A stretch of DNA of 64,000 nucleotides, taken from assembly GCA_951406725.2 (NCBI GenBank), contig OX597818.1:94054001-94118000 (forward strand), given 5' to 3'. A program made the translations under genes and the position numbers. Under the pieces are notes generated by a model. The model saw nothing but the letters and a program-made list of their open reading frames with translations, did not search any database and was not told the origin of the DNA. The DNA comes from Octopus vulgaris (taxonomy: Eukaryota). Shown in pieces: positions 47,410-60,335 of this stretch (position 1 is its first letter; each line of letters begins with the position of its first letter).

Positions 47410-50280
47410 GTTATAAGCAGTAATGGCCCCAAGACGGTTCCCTGGGGAATGCCACTTAGAATTTGCATTTCCTCAGAGAGGGCACAATTGACTACAACTG
47501 CTTGACTTTTGTCTTTTAGAAGTCATGCAGCCACTCTCCTAGTTTACAGTCATGCTAAGGTCTCACAGCTTGTGACATATTATGCCATGATCTACCTTGT
47601 CAAAGGTCTTTGCAAAGTCAAGATATATCACATTGACATCTGAATGGTCAAGCAGCTGTTTCGAAACCCAGTCACAGTACTGTAAGAGCTGTATGGAGCA
47701 GCTTCTTACTAGACAAGAAACCATGCTGTGTATTGTTCAGTAATTAATTTTCTTCTAGGAACATTATCAGTTTCTTTCTGATGATTCGTTTCATGATTTT
47801 ACTCACATGTAAAGAAGAGGGATTGACTTGTAGCTCTTAGCTTCTGCTCTGCTCCCACCTTTGAGGATAGAGCATATAATGCATTCTTTTAGCTTTTTTG
47901 GAAGTTCACCACTTGCAAAGAAATTCTGGAGAAGTATCTGAATAGAGGGATCTCTGTGAAATGATTTCCGTCTTGCTTTATTGAAATTGAAGTTGGATAT
48001 GGCTTGAGTTTTTCTGATAGGGTAGATGCCAGCAGTTTGCCTAGGACCATACATTATTCAGTAATGTTGTGATCTGAGAGTGCTGTTGGCATCGCCTTCA
48101 CATTATGGATAAGTTTCACATTATTTGTGAAGCAGAGATCCAAGATCTTGTTACTCCTGGTTGGCTGGATTATCATTTGTTGCATGAACAGCATATTAAA
48201 AAGTTCAAGTAAAGATTCTATATGCTTGTTTTTCATGCAGTGACATCTCAGAAAGGGTGTGGCCTTCAGGCCACTTAACATTTGGGGTGTTGATGTCACC
48301 CAGAAGTATATTAATGTGTTGGTTCAGGTCTGTCAATACCTCTTCTATGTGTCTGAGGCTATCCTCAAATTTACCATCATATTTTGAAGTATTTAGTGGA
48401 CAATATGTTGTGCATACAGCTACATCAATTTGCTTTATATGTATTATTAAGTTGTCACAAACTTAGTTTGAGTAGGACAGCACTACAAGGGGTGTGACAC
48501 CTTTGCAGATGTATACAGCAACTTCTCCATGGCTTCTTTCTCTTATGCCACCCTGGTACATATATAGAAGTTAGTTGTGTTTCTATAAGTACCATGCATA
48601 TTGCTTGATTGCATGCAGCAAGCTCTTCCAGATGGAAAATTTTACCTCTGTTACTGAGTTGTAGTAGACTTCCAGTGTTTAGTAGGAATATGGATGCAAT
48701 ATCTGGGTAGGTGTTACTAGTGTTAGTGTTGGCCATCCTGGGTCCATCACCTGTGGCAGTCTTGTGTATTCAAATGCATGGCTTTTGCATTCATGTCAGT
48801 TGCTGCACTATCTTCTGGGACATGTTCAAAACAGCCTGCTGCTTGATAGCTGCAGTTCATACAACCTCTGTATATTGCTTTTTGAGGGGTGCTGAGGGTA
48901 TGTGTCAATTCCTTTTCTTATTCTTATGAGACCTGTTTTTCCCTGTTGGTTTAATACTAGCCAGATGGTCCATGTTCAATGATTTCCCTCTTCTGTGTTC
49001 TTGCTGGATTTGTTTTGGGAGGTTACCCTGATTGTTCTGATAAAGCTTGGGATGGACAAAGCTGCAATTTGTTCCTTTTTCTTCATGCCAGCAGGTGCCA
49101 TTTAAATAGAATTTACAGACAATCCTGGCTCTGTCAGTTTCTGTCCTTTTGTTTGCTTGTTTTACTTACTGGTGTTTTTGTTTTTGCTTTATTTTTGAGC
49201 TTGAGGACATCTCTTTTTCTCGCCCATTTCCCCATCTCTTGTTCACTACAGTTCTTTTTTTTACTGCTATCATTAGAGCCATTGCTGCTTTCAGTATTGT
49301 TTTTAGGACAGGTAGCATTTGTGGTGGGTTTTTTTTTGATGTCATCTGTTTGACCTTCCTGGGTTTCATGACATGTGGGGTCGTTATTGACCACTTTGTT
49401 TGTTTCTTTCATAATGCTGTATAGGAGGTAAAGATGTAGCTTGTCAAGTGCATAGGAGCATATGAACTCCTGTCTTTTTCACTCAATTTTTATTTTGCAT
49501 TTGTGTGCCTTCAGCGGTGCCTGTGGGACAGAAGAGAGATCTCCTCGGTGACCAAAGAGCAAATCTACCAGGCCGTCATTCGTACTATCCTCCTCTATGG
49601 TTGTGAAACATGGCCTTTGAGTGTAGTCGATCAGCGAAGGCTATAGGTGTTCGACAATGACTGTCTCCGCTGCATTCTTTGCTGCCGATGCATTGATCAG
49701 GTTCCTACAGCCAGTCTTTGTCATCACCTGAATCTCTGGCCCCTCCCTTCAATGCTTCTACAACGGTGCTTAAGGTGGTTTGGTCATGCAGCACGGCGTC
49801 CAGAGGGTGAGCTGATTTGCGATGTCCTCCTCCCACCTCCACATCCCAACTGGTGCAAACGCACGGGCAGGCAGCTGAAGACCTGGGCAATGACGATAAA
49901 GGAGGCCCTCTCCGAACTCTCAGGTCCACAGGTGGTTGGTCTGCGCAGATGGAACCGCGAATGGCTCACTATCTCCAGTGACCTCGCTCAGGACCGTTGA
50001 GCGTGGGCCACCATAGTTCGGGATGCCGTCAGGACCAGAGAAGAAGCCCGTTCAACCCACCTTGGATGAACGCCGTCACAAGTACTAGTAAGTACTCAAT
50101 TTGTGCCATAGACCTATGGAAACTGTAGTTTTCTAGGGTGCCATTATTAGGTTGTTTGGCAGTAATCCATCAGTCATGTTCCATGCTTGAAGAAAGTGAT
50201 GACGTTCTTTGATTTGCCAATTTCAATGCATCTTTTGCATTTTGTTAGCTTCAATTTAGCTCAGTACAGATTTGCAGTTG
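47410..50280 (-). mobile_element. Degenerate CR1/L2-group LINE (ORF1, endonuclease, partial RT), interrupted by an RTE
   Basis: Minus-strand motifs: GIPQGTVLGPL (~47422-47454), VIYLDFAKTFDKVDHGI (~47583-47633), KGGSRAEAKSYKSIPLL, PTRSNKILDLCFTN..LSDHN, LLGDINTP, and an ORF1 CCCH finger CKFYLNGTCWHEEKGTNCSFVHP (~49050-49120). Confidence 0.88.
49490..50093 (+). mobile_element. 5'-truncated RTE-clade LINE nested in the CR1-like element
   Basis: IYQAVIRTILLYGCETW, FDNDCLRCIL, LRWFGHAARR, RQLKTW and LAQDR motifs; short AGTA-type tail; candidate 9-bp TSD actcaattt (49481-49489, 50094-50102). Confidence 0.9.
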
Positions 50281-52098
50281 TTGGTGTTCATCTGCTGATT
50301 TTTCATACTGTAAAATGGTGAGATATTAGTAGCTGAAAAATTTTAATAAGTGTAACATTTGCAAAGATGGTGGGGTATTAAGAAAAGATAAGAAACTATT
50401 TCCAAGGATGTTGTTAAAAAGTGGTAAGAGAGAAAGTATGAGAGTGTTTAAGAAAATAGAACATTGTAAAAGAGAAAGTGAAAGTGTTGGCGAATGTAGG
50501 AGACAAAAGTAATTCAAAAGACCATAGATATGCAGTGGAAAATATAAGTTTGTATTAGATTTATAGTGTTATAAAGAGATGTAAGAGAGAAAGTGCAAGA
50601 GTGTTAATGAAAATAAGAGACAAATTCAAGAGATTGGAGAATGTTCAGTGAAGATGGAAAGGAGGTTTGTAACAAACTTATAGCACTTTAATAAAGAAAG
50701 GTGGGAGGGAAAGAAGAAGAAGAATGTTTAGGAATATAGGAGAGAGAGATAATTCAAGAGTTCTGTAGAATATGCAGTGGAATTTTCATAAGTATTTGTG
50801 GCTTATGAATTAAGGAGCTACATTGATTCTCCACAAATCCAAGTTCAGTTTTACTTTGGTCCAGGCAGGTTCGTATATAAGGAAGCTGAGTGTGTATGTG
50901 TTTGTGCATGGAAGCTTGCAAGCAAAGACCCAGGTGCATATTCATGTAAATATCTGGAACCCTTGGTGGATTTCAAACATTTGTGAATGAAAGCAGTAAT
51001 AGTGTATTCCACATCTACCAACTGTGGTTGTATGTCTGTAACTAATCAGAATGTTTTTTATTTATCAATATAAAAAAAAAAAATCTGTTGTTGGATATTA
51101 CCTGAAACTTTCAGTTTCAGGTTGGTATCTTCAGTGATACAGCATGTGGAATTTCTCTGCTAAACAAAGATTACACCTCTAGGTTTTCCTATGAAAAGTA
51201 CAATAATACCTTTGTTGTTATTGTACTTTTTATTTTGGAGTAATATTGGAAACAATTTAATTGTTGGTTAAGGTGGGTTTTAAGTGAGCTGCTTGTTAGT
51301 TTGATGTTTCTTTTCTTTTTTCTTTTTTTTGTTGTAATTTGTGACATTGGTTTGAATGATGTTTCGTTACAGGCAAATGCTACATAGAGGGCATAATTTC
51401 GGTTTTTCGATGTTGTATTCCCTCTCTTTGCTTAGTTTCAGATTTCTATCATTATGTAATCTTATATAATTTAGATTTAAAAGGATTGAACTTTTAGTAA
51501 CATTACTTTTTTTTTTTTAATTAAAATACTAGCTTACTTTGTAAGAAGTATATAAAACTGCAGTTTGTGACATATTCAAGAGGGTATGGTGATTAAGGAG
51601 AGGAATTACTATGTTACAAGTTTCTTTGAAAACTATATTAGTGTGTTAGCTATTTTTGTTAGCATATTTCTGTTGAAATACACTGCGTTTATTTCAATTA
51701 ATTTTTAAAATAATGAAAAATTTAGTAAAATGACTTATTAAGCTGGTGTTTGGAGTATAAATTAACATGAAATTTTAATGAAAGATTTTAATTTAGATCA
51801 CTTTAAAGAAGGAACTTGTATCATAGAATGAGGGGTGGTCTGGACAGATTGGTATCAAGAGAGTTTAATGCACCATATTCTTCCTTGGTTATTGGTTGTT
51901 TAAATTATCCCAAATATACAAAATTTAATCTAGATTCAGCCTTAATAAAGAGTGACTAATTTTCTTTTCATTTTATTTTAAGTCTTTCATACCACCTGTT
52001 TACAAAGCCTTAGCTTTGTAAGTGAATGTTTGTGTATGTGTGCAACAATGCATGTGCATTTGTGTTCCTGTATGTATGTGTTTGTATGCATACATGTA

Positions 52099-52870
52099 CT
52101 TAGCTGCAGGACCCGGCCTTGCCAGGGTTTATTAATACCTAAAATAAATACAATCAAATGAATTCATTATGTTTTGGATAGATTGCTTTAAAAAGGTGCT
52201 GAAAATTCTTTATTTAGTATGGAAATGTTGATTCATTCAGAATTGTTGCATGCAAGCAATTCAGAAGGTCGTTCAAGTTGAGCTTTATAAACATGTGCAA
52301 ATATAAACAAACACAGAACCAAAAATAATGTTTTATTCCTAATTTTTTTTTTTCTGTTTTATTTTCTGGGAAAAACATTATTTTATTAAATAAATCGTTC
52401 TATCTTACATATTTACTTTGAATCAATTGCATTTCTAATCAGTAACATTTTCCAGTATCTGCTGTGATACTTGGGATTATTCAGTATTCTTAGTTTTTTT
52501 CAGTCAGGAGTTACAGAAAAAAAAAAATGTAATTTTCTACTCTAGTAAAGAAGCAGCATAAAATTACTGAAGGGGAAAGCAATGTGATTTCAAATTGATT
52601 CCAGTGACTTTGGTACTTTGTCCTTGTGATTTCATGATATTCATCCATCCATAACAAAGGAATTTTTTGAATGAAAACCCCCTTGTTCTTAGCACAATTT
52701 GTGAAAACTGATGCTTCTTTGATAGGCAGAAGCATTTTCTTCACTATCAAACAAGTCCCATTTGCAAAGTCTGGTGGTATATAGATTTCTAAGAAAAATG
52801 AAGTGCCTTTACATTAGGATTAACTGATATGATGGAATTCCAGAAGAGTTCTGGGAATTTTAAACTGAAG
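52099..52870 (-). mobile_element. Helitron 3' relic with PIF1-type helicase fragment
   Basis: Minus strand ~52650-52860 reads NSQNSSGIPSYQLIL / PPDFANGTCLIVKKMLLPIKEASVFTNCAKNKGVFIQKIPLL (cf. NSL.PSG.PPH.L.LK...PKLCNGTRL.VKKL...IEATILTG..KGE.VFIPRIP). Terminal hairpin ccctggcaaggccgggtcctgcagcta lies near 52100-52127. Confidence 0.8.
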
Positions 52871-52883
52871 TAATTCACCAGTA

Positions 52884-53200
52884 AGTGAAGGTACATGGCT
52901 TAGTGGTTAGGATATTTGGCTTATGATTGTAAGGTCACGAGTTCAATTCCTGGCGATGCATTGTGTCCTTGAGCAAGATACTTTATTTCATGTTGCTCCT
53001 GTCCACTCAGCTGGCAAAAAAAGTAGTATCTATAATTCAAAGGGCCAGCCTTGTCACACTCTGTATCATGCTGAAACTCCCTGAGTTCTGTTAAGGGTAT
53101 GTGTCTCTGTGGAGTGCTCAGCCACTTACATGTTAATTTCATGAGCAGGCTGTTCTATGATTGGATCAACTGGAACCCTTATCGTAACTGACAGAGTGCC
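52884..53200 (+). mobile_element. tRNA-derived SINE with gtgtccttgagcaagatact core
   Basis: tggcttagtggttagg A-box and gagttcaattcc B-box; relatives at ~19230-19445 (-), 31345-31560 (+) and 59640-59820 (-). Confidence 0.78.
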
Positions 53201-53988
53201 ATCAAAAAAAAAATTTAGATCAGAGGATTTTTAGCAAAGAATTCAAAGATTTATGCATAATGAACTATCTTGCAAGAAAATACATCGTCATCGTTTTAAT
53301 GTTCACTTTTCCATGCATCATGGGTTGGACAGAGTTTATTGAGCAAGATTTTCTATTGTAGAATGCTCTTCTATTACCAACCCTTATCATTTCCAAGCAT
53401 GGTAATATTTCCTTATGGTCAGAGATGTTTATTGCAGACTATTGGGAATAAATGTCATTGTTTATATGATATTCACAACTATCGTGCTATGTCAAGATAA
53501 GGAGACACAAACATATACTCACATATACATACACACTCACATGCACACACACATACACAGAGCTTCTTTCAGTTTCCATCCACCAAATCCATTTACAAGG
53601 TATTGGTTAGCCCAAAACTATAATAAAAGATAATCAGTGGATGAACTCAAAAAGTATGTTTTGGGTAACATACATCTTAACAAAGTCATACCTAATTTCT
53701 TGAGATGAAGCTTTGAGGCAGGCATTGAGCTCACCTACTGGTGTGTCCTTACAAATTATAGGCAGATAGGAGGTAGAAATCATCTGCAAGTAGCAGATGA
53801 TAGGGTACCCATGATGTTGCTGGTTTATCTTATGTGCCCCAGTGTCTGATCCAGTGCTTCAAGATAAGTTTGTGGCTCATTTTGCATTCAGCCTACAAAA
53901 TCAGTTGACTACTTTTGAGTGCAACAGCTAATGAACCTCAACTAATATTGGAAACTATTACATCTTGGAATGTTGGGTTTTGGTTTAA

Positions 53989-54209
53989 CCCTTTCGTTAC
54001 TAACCCGGCCAAAACCGGCTCTGGCTCTGTAGTACAAATGTGTTATTTTCATAAGTTTTGCATCAAAATATACCACCAAACCTTACTCGCAATTTATATT
54101 CCTAACACTAGCTTAATGATAGCTAAGTTATTTTACTAAATTCTTTGTTATATTTAAAGTAATTGAAAGAAACACAGAGCATCTCAAAATAAATACGGTA
54201 ACGAAAGGG
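53989..54209. mobile_element. piggyBac-like MITE, same family
   Basis: TTAA|ccctttcgttac ... gtaacgaaaggg|GTAA; older inverted copies at ~5457-5695 and ~51648-51868. Confidence 0.85.
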
Positions 54210-54524
54210 GTAAAAGTAACTTAAGTATGGAATGCTACTACAAGGCCCAGTTGTTATTGTGGTGTGCCTCAACGACCCTAAAAGCTATATCAGCACAGTG
54301 CAGGCTTCTTATTGGGGGGGGGGGGGCGCTTCTATGCTGGACAGATCATCACCCAGGGGTGATGGAGGCAAAGTTGACGTGCTAACAACCTTATCAACTC
54401 ATTGCCTTAAAAATAATAATAATAATTTCAAAGTTTTGAACAAGGCCTTTAATTTTAGTAGAAGGCAGGTTAGTTGATAACAGCAATCCCAGTATTTGAC
54501 TGATACTTTATTTTGTTGACTCTG

Positions 54525-54712
54525 TGTGGGTGGCACGTAAAAAGCACCCACTACACTCATGGAGTGGTTGGCGTTAGGAAGGGCATCCAGCTGTAGAAAC
54601 TCTGCCAGATCTGACTGGGCCTGATGAAGCCTTCTGGCTTCACAGACCCCAGTTGAACCGTCCAACCCATGCTAGCATGGAAAACAGACGCTAAATGATG
54701 ATGATGATGATA
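54525..54712 (+). mobile_element. Short RTE 3' UTR copy nested in an old minus-strand Nin-type SINE
   Basis: Core plus (GAT)n; the host SINE halves lie at ~54415-54520 and ~54713-54820. Confidence 0.78.
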
Positions 54713-55022
54713 AAGGGATGACAGGCAAAGTTGACTGTGGTGAGATTTCAGCTTGGAACTTAAGGAGAAGTGCTGCTAAGCATTTTGTCTGATGTGCTAA
54801 TGAGTCTACCAGCTCACCACCGTAATAATGATAATAATAACTGAAATAAATAATTATTCAAAAAACTGGAACAGCATATGATGCAGTTTTGTGTATGTGT
54901 GTGTATAAGTATTTAGGGTCTGTGTGTGCAAATGCACAACACATTTACACACACATACAGACATCCAGCATAATGTATATTTTCATTTCCTTATATTTCT
55001 CTTGTCTATTTTGTCTTTACAG

Positions 55023-55079
55023 AAAATTCACTTAGTTGAAGTGAATGCCTTATTCTCACTGTTAGATGAACGAAGAAAG
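55023..55079 (+). CDS. STUB1: STUB1/CHIP internal coding exon (helix before the U-box; exon 5 equivalent), 57 bp, phase 0 to 0
   Basis: Long pyrimidine tract then ttacag|AAA...AGA AAG|gtaagg; KIHLVEVNALFSLLDERRK resembles CHIP DKYMADMDELFSQVDEKRK. Confidence 0.92.
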
Positions 55080-57081
55080 GTAAGGATTATTAAAATTTCT
55101 TTATTTGCTATTTTACCTTGTTTTCACATTTTGTTATAATAATTACATAATTACTTTTATTGTTTGGCTCCAAGTCTGTCCCCATTTAACAGATTTTCCT
55201 TAATAGTATTTAGTATTAGGTCTGCCTAATTGGATAAACTTGTGATTGAAGGTGTTCCAGTTGTGACCATCCCATCTATTCTTTTTCAGGCAAAGTGTGT
55301 ATCCTGGATTTAGAATTTACATGCTATAAGTAGAAGCTAAAAGTTTTTGCATCGAGAAGGGCAACAGGTCTTATAGCCCTACCTAAAAACCCATGCTAGC
55401 CTGGAAAAGCCGGCATAAAAGCACTAAGGAAGATGATAATGATGATGGGAGCATCTAGATCTACATTATCCTACATGCCCTTCTTTTTTTAAGATTTGAG
55501 TGAGATTTGGCTACTATTGCCAGCTGGTATTTGGCTTCTATTTGGTAGTAGTATTTGGCTACTACTATCACATACAGGCTATTTTGTTGAATGACTATGT
55601 GTGATCAGCATGTCCATTGTTCTAGATATGCTTTGTCCATGTCTAGTGGAGGACCATATTGTGTACTCAAACAAGATAGATCATCATGTGGAATACAGTG
55701 TGGCAATGTAGAAAGTTTTGTTCTTTTCCCCTCTGTTGGAACACCAGTATATTTTTGACATTGTAAACTTATAATCAAAAGCATTTGAACTGTGACCACA
55801 GTGTGTCTTGGACTAAATTATCCAGTGCATCTTACCTTCTTTTAAGGTAGGTGGGTGTTATTTGAGTGGAGTATTTAGAGCTGGTGTACAGAAACTTTTT
55901 AGTCGTGGGAGAGAATTGCATGTGTATAAAACCTGTGCTACGAAAAATAATGATTCTTTAATTTTATAATTTCATTATTATGTAATTTGGATTAAATGAC
56001 TGTTTTGGTTTTAAGGCTTGAACTATTCTGTTTCATATGAATTTATAGAGATTTTGTTAGTGGACAATTTTTAAATTAAATGCAGGTGAAATTTCACTGT
56101 GGGTAAGGGATTTACAACCCCTAACTTAGATGCTACACCTCATTGGCTTGAAATTGAGGCGATGTTTTGTAGCCTCAGGGCAAGAGTGAGATTTGGTAAG
56201 TGAATTGGGGTGGTAACATCAAAATGTTTAGAAGAGGAGACGTAAGGTATGTCTGATGAGCTACTAGCTGTAGCCAACATGGAGTGCATTATCTTCTACA
56301 TTTGTGGTTCAGTTTCTTTTGTTTTGTTTAATATTTTGGTTTGTTTGTTATTGTTTTGTTACTTGAAATGCACAATAGCTGTGAGGTTAATACACTTGAC
56401 AATCATTGACCCCATAGCCACAGGCTTAAAGTTTATTACTTGCACTATTATGTTGTATTCTTGAGACAGACAAGTAACATTATCAAGGAATTATACTCAT
56501 CCTTGTTCACCATTAGCACATGTTCACCATGAACTGTTGTTCACCTTTCACTCTAGTTTACCATTCACCATCATTCACTATTCACCACTATCTCCCTTCA
56601 CTCACTGTTTACCCTTGGTCATCAGTCTCTCTCGTTCACTGTTCACCATTTTCGTTGTTCACTATTCAGTACATTCAGCCCTAACCCTGTTCAGTAAATG
56701 TCTGTCACTCTTCTCCCATACTCTTGCAAACTTTACCCACCTATACTTCCTGATCTTCTGTCCCCGCTCTCTTTTCTATTCACTTTCTATCTTGAGGGTA
56801 TGCTATAATACCTTATCACCAATATCTTTATCTTTCTTTTGTGTTCCACTTCCAATTACTCCCACTCACCCTTATGTAATGTAGATTAGCAATATATTTT
56901 CTCTTCAGCAACACACCTATTTCTATCCCTTCAATCATGCATTAATCTCTCAGCAACTAGTCTCAACCAGTCAAGGATTTTATTTTATTTTATTTCTTTC
57001 TTTTGGTCACTTGTGCTGGTGCTCTGAAAAGGTACCCAGTACATTTTGTGAAATGGTTGACATTAAGAAGGGCATGAAAAA

Positions 57082-57903
57082 GGTGTGTGAAAAAGTGCCA
57101 CTCTCTAGCAGTTGAGGGAACCGCTAGAGGTAGACCCAGGAAAACCTGGGACGAGGTGGTGAAGCACGACCTTTGAACATAAGGCCTCACCGAGGCAATG
57201 ACTAGTGACCGAGACCTTTGGAAATATGCTATACATGAGAAGACCCGGCAGGACAAGTGAGTCCATAACCTGTGGCCTTTGCCAGGGATGTAGCCAGCCC
57301 ACTTATGTATACCTTTCCTTCTTTGGACACAAAACTCTGCTTGTGAAGACCTGTTGAGGCAAGTGAAATCGAAATTGAATTCGAAATCGAACCACATCCG
57401 ACGACTGGCACCCATGTCAACCTCCCTTCATTGGACACTAAACTCTGCTTGCGAAGACCTGTTGGGGCAAGTGAAATCGAAATTGAACCAAATCCTATGA
57501 CTGGCACCTGGCCGTTGCCAGTGCTACTGGACTGACTCCTGTGCAGGTGGCAAGTAAAGAAACACTGTTTCGACCCTGTACTTGAGGAGATCTATTGAGT
57601 CAAGTACATCAACATCAAAAATCAATGGAAATAGTAGTTGTGATCCCTGTGCCGGTGGCACGTAAAAAGCACCAACTGATCATGGCCATTGCCAGCCTCG
57701 CCTGGCACCTGTGCCGGTGGCACGTAAAAAGCACCCACTACACTCACAGAGTGGTTGGCGTTAAGAAGGGTATCCAGCTATAGAAACACTGCCAGATCAG
57801 ACTGGAGCCTGGTGCAGCCTTCTGGCTTCCCAGACCTTGGTCGAACCATCCAACCCATGCTAGCATGGAAAACGGACGTTAAACGATGATGGTGATGCTG
57901 ATG
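57082..57903 (+). mobile_element. 5'-truncated RTE LINE, same family as 34550-35142, with longer modular 3' UTR
   Basis: CVKKCHSLAVEGT..GRPRKTWDEVVKHDL, then the same UTR with extra modules and a (GAT)n tail; it splits an older related repeat (57010-57078 and 57905-58025). Confidence 0.88.
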
Positions 57904-58746
57904 AAGGTGCAGAAACCATGCCAAGGTAGATATTGGAGTATGGCATGGTCCTTTGATTTATTAGATCCTGTTGGACCATCTAAACAATGCCAGCATAGAA
58001 AATGGATGGTTAGATGATGATGATGACCATTGTCTCCAGCTAGTCATACCGACACTGCCAAATTCTCAACCAGGCAGAAATATAGCAATTCCATGATCCC
58101 CATCAACCACCCTCATATGCACACTTGCAAAAATCAATCAACGCAAACATTCTTTCTCCAATTTGATTTATACTACCATGGTACATAACACACTTCACAA
58201 AAAGAATCTATGACAACTCCAACAACAAAAACAAACAGGAAACTAGCTAGCTACCTACCATTAGTATCGACTAAAGCTACATACTTGTAAAGCAAATACA
58301 AACACCTTAAGAACAGTACATGGTAAGCTGGTAAACTACATTACAGGTCACCAACCCTTTGGTGTGCATAACACCAAATCTAAAATTTGTAACATGCTGA
58401 ATAGAATACTGCAAAGATTCATCTGCTCACACTTTCTTTTTTGTGTGTGTGTGTATATATGTGTTTTTATAACATAATTTCTAATAGTTCCATAAAATTT
58501 ACACATGGCCTCATCTGTTTACAACATCACAGTTACATCCTATTACAATTTCACAGAAACAGCTGGATAACTGCTCAAAATTATAAAATCAACCTGACTA
58601 AATTACTACCTACCAAATCCATCCTCATCATGTGTCCTACCAGTAATACTAGAGAACATCAAACACAACCAACCATCACACTCAACAACATACCGTACAT
58701 ATATGCAAGAAGCATAAAATACTAAGAATCTCATACAATATTCATA

Positions 58747-59150
58747 CTCTCTTTTACTTGTTTCAGTCATTTGACTGTGGTCATGCTGGAGCACTGCTTT
58801 TAGTTGAGCAAATTGACCCCAGGAATTATTCTTTGTAAACGCAGTACATATTCTATCGGTGTCTTTTTTGCCGAACCGCTAAGTTACGGGGACGTAAACA
58901 CACCAGCATTGGTTTTCAAGTGATGTTGGGGGGACAAACACAGACATACAAACATCTACACACACACACATATATATATATACGTATATATTGATGGGCT
59001 TCTTTGAGTTTCCGTCTACCAAATCCACTCACAAAGCTTTGGTTGGCCTGAGGCTATAGTAGAAGACACTTGCCCAAGGTGCCACACAGTTGGACTGAAC
59101 CTGGAACCATGTGGTTTGTAAGCAGACTACTTACCACACAGCCACCCCTA
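58747..59150 (-). mobile_element. Family A SINE
   Basis: Full-length match. Confidence 0.88.
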
Positions 59151-59968
59151 TGCCTATTTACACTAAAAGATGTAATGAAGGAAGAGAAGCACTTCAAAAA
59201 TATACTTAGAGCACTTGGGGATACCACATTTATCATCATAAAACACTAATTTTGTATAATCATAAATTTCATAAAAACTACCTGTGCAATGAAAAAAAAT
59301 ACAAGCTGATGAGGCTGTTGTTACATGGTAGCTCAGTCTGCAAGAAATAGCTGACAGATCCCCTAACTTACACCTTTTCTATTTTCAAACAGGGAAGTAT
59401 ACATTAGATAATGTAGTTGTGGATGTACTGTCTGAATAAACGATCCGGTGGTCCTCATAGGATTGTATATAATCATTGGTGTGTTTGAGAAGGGCTAACC
59501 TGGGGCTAAATGATAACAATGTGTATATAATAATGGACTCTCCCGTTGTTAGATGATGTATGAGGGTTCGACAATTTCTTACCAAACAACTACTACACAG
59601 ATGATTTGCTTATAGTGATAAGATGTTGGTGTAGACATAAGTTCACTCCCTCCATCAAATTGATATTACCTGTACAGGTGCAACTGGGTGCCACATATCA
59701 GAAATGATTGCAGAGCAACGTGAAATGAAACGCTTTGCTCAAGAACACAGTGCAATGCCTTGTCTTGGAATCGAACCCATGATCTCACAGTTGTGAATTC
59801 AACACCTACTAAACCTTCACACACACACATGTATAAATAGGTGACATACATGAAACTCTTGTGACATACATGAAACTCTTGAATCACTTTGTAATTTCTG
59901 CTGATTAAAAATAAAATATATAACCCATGCCAACAGGGAAGATGTATGTTAAAAGATGATGATATATA

Positions 59969-60283
59969 CAGGGTGGTTGCTAGAAAAGCGGAAAATTTGA
60001 AGGCAGAACTAACGAGTATTAGTTAAATCATCAATAAACTGTATGATAGATGGTTTCTGATTCATTGTTTCTGTTATGGAATGAACACAATCATAACAAG
60101 CATTGATCTCATTTGTTTCTGAGTGAACCCCACATCATGGAAGAAGGCTGTGGAAGGAAACAGCTGTCAGACTTTCAGAGACAAACTATTGTTCTTTTCA
60201 ATAGTGAAAATCTGACTCAGGCACTGACTAAATGTTTAACTATCAGCATTTCATGAATTTTCTGCTTTTCTATGATCACCCTG
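59969..60283. mobile_element. Tc1/mariner-type MITE, 315 bp
   Basis: TA|cagggtggttgctagaaaagcggaaaatt ... aattttctgcttttctatgatcaccctg|TA, imperfect ~30-bp TIRs. Confidence 0.75.
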
Positions 60284-60297
60284 TATATAGTAATTGA

Positions 60298-60335
<38 letters not shown>

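Noticed and set aside
54314-54326. G homopolymer as a regulatory G-quadruplex
   Set aside because: Isolated run with no supporting context.
58080-58730. AC-rich LINE-like remnant (similar stretches near 19500-21000 and 37620-38420)
   Set aside because: Composition is suggestive but I could not read diagnostic motifs, so it is not called.
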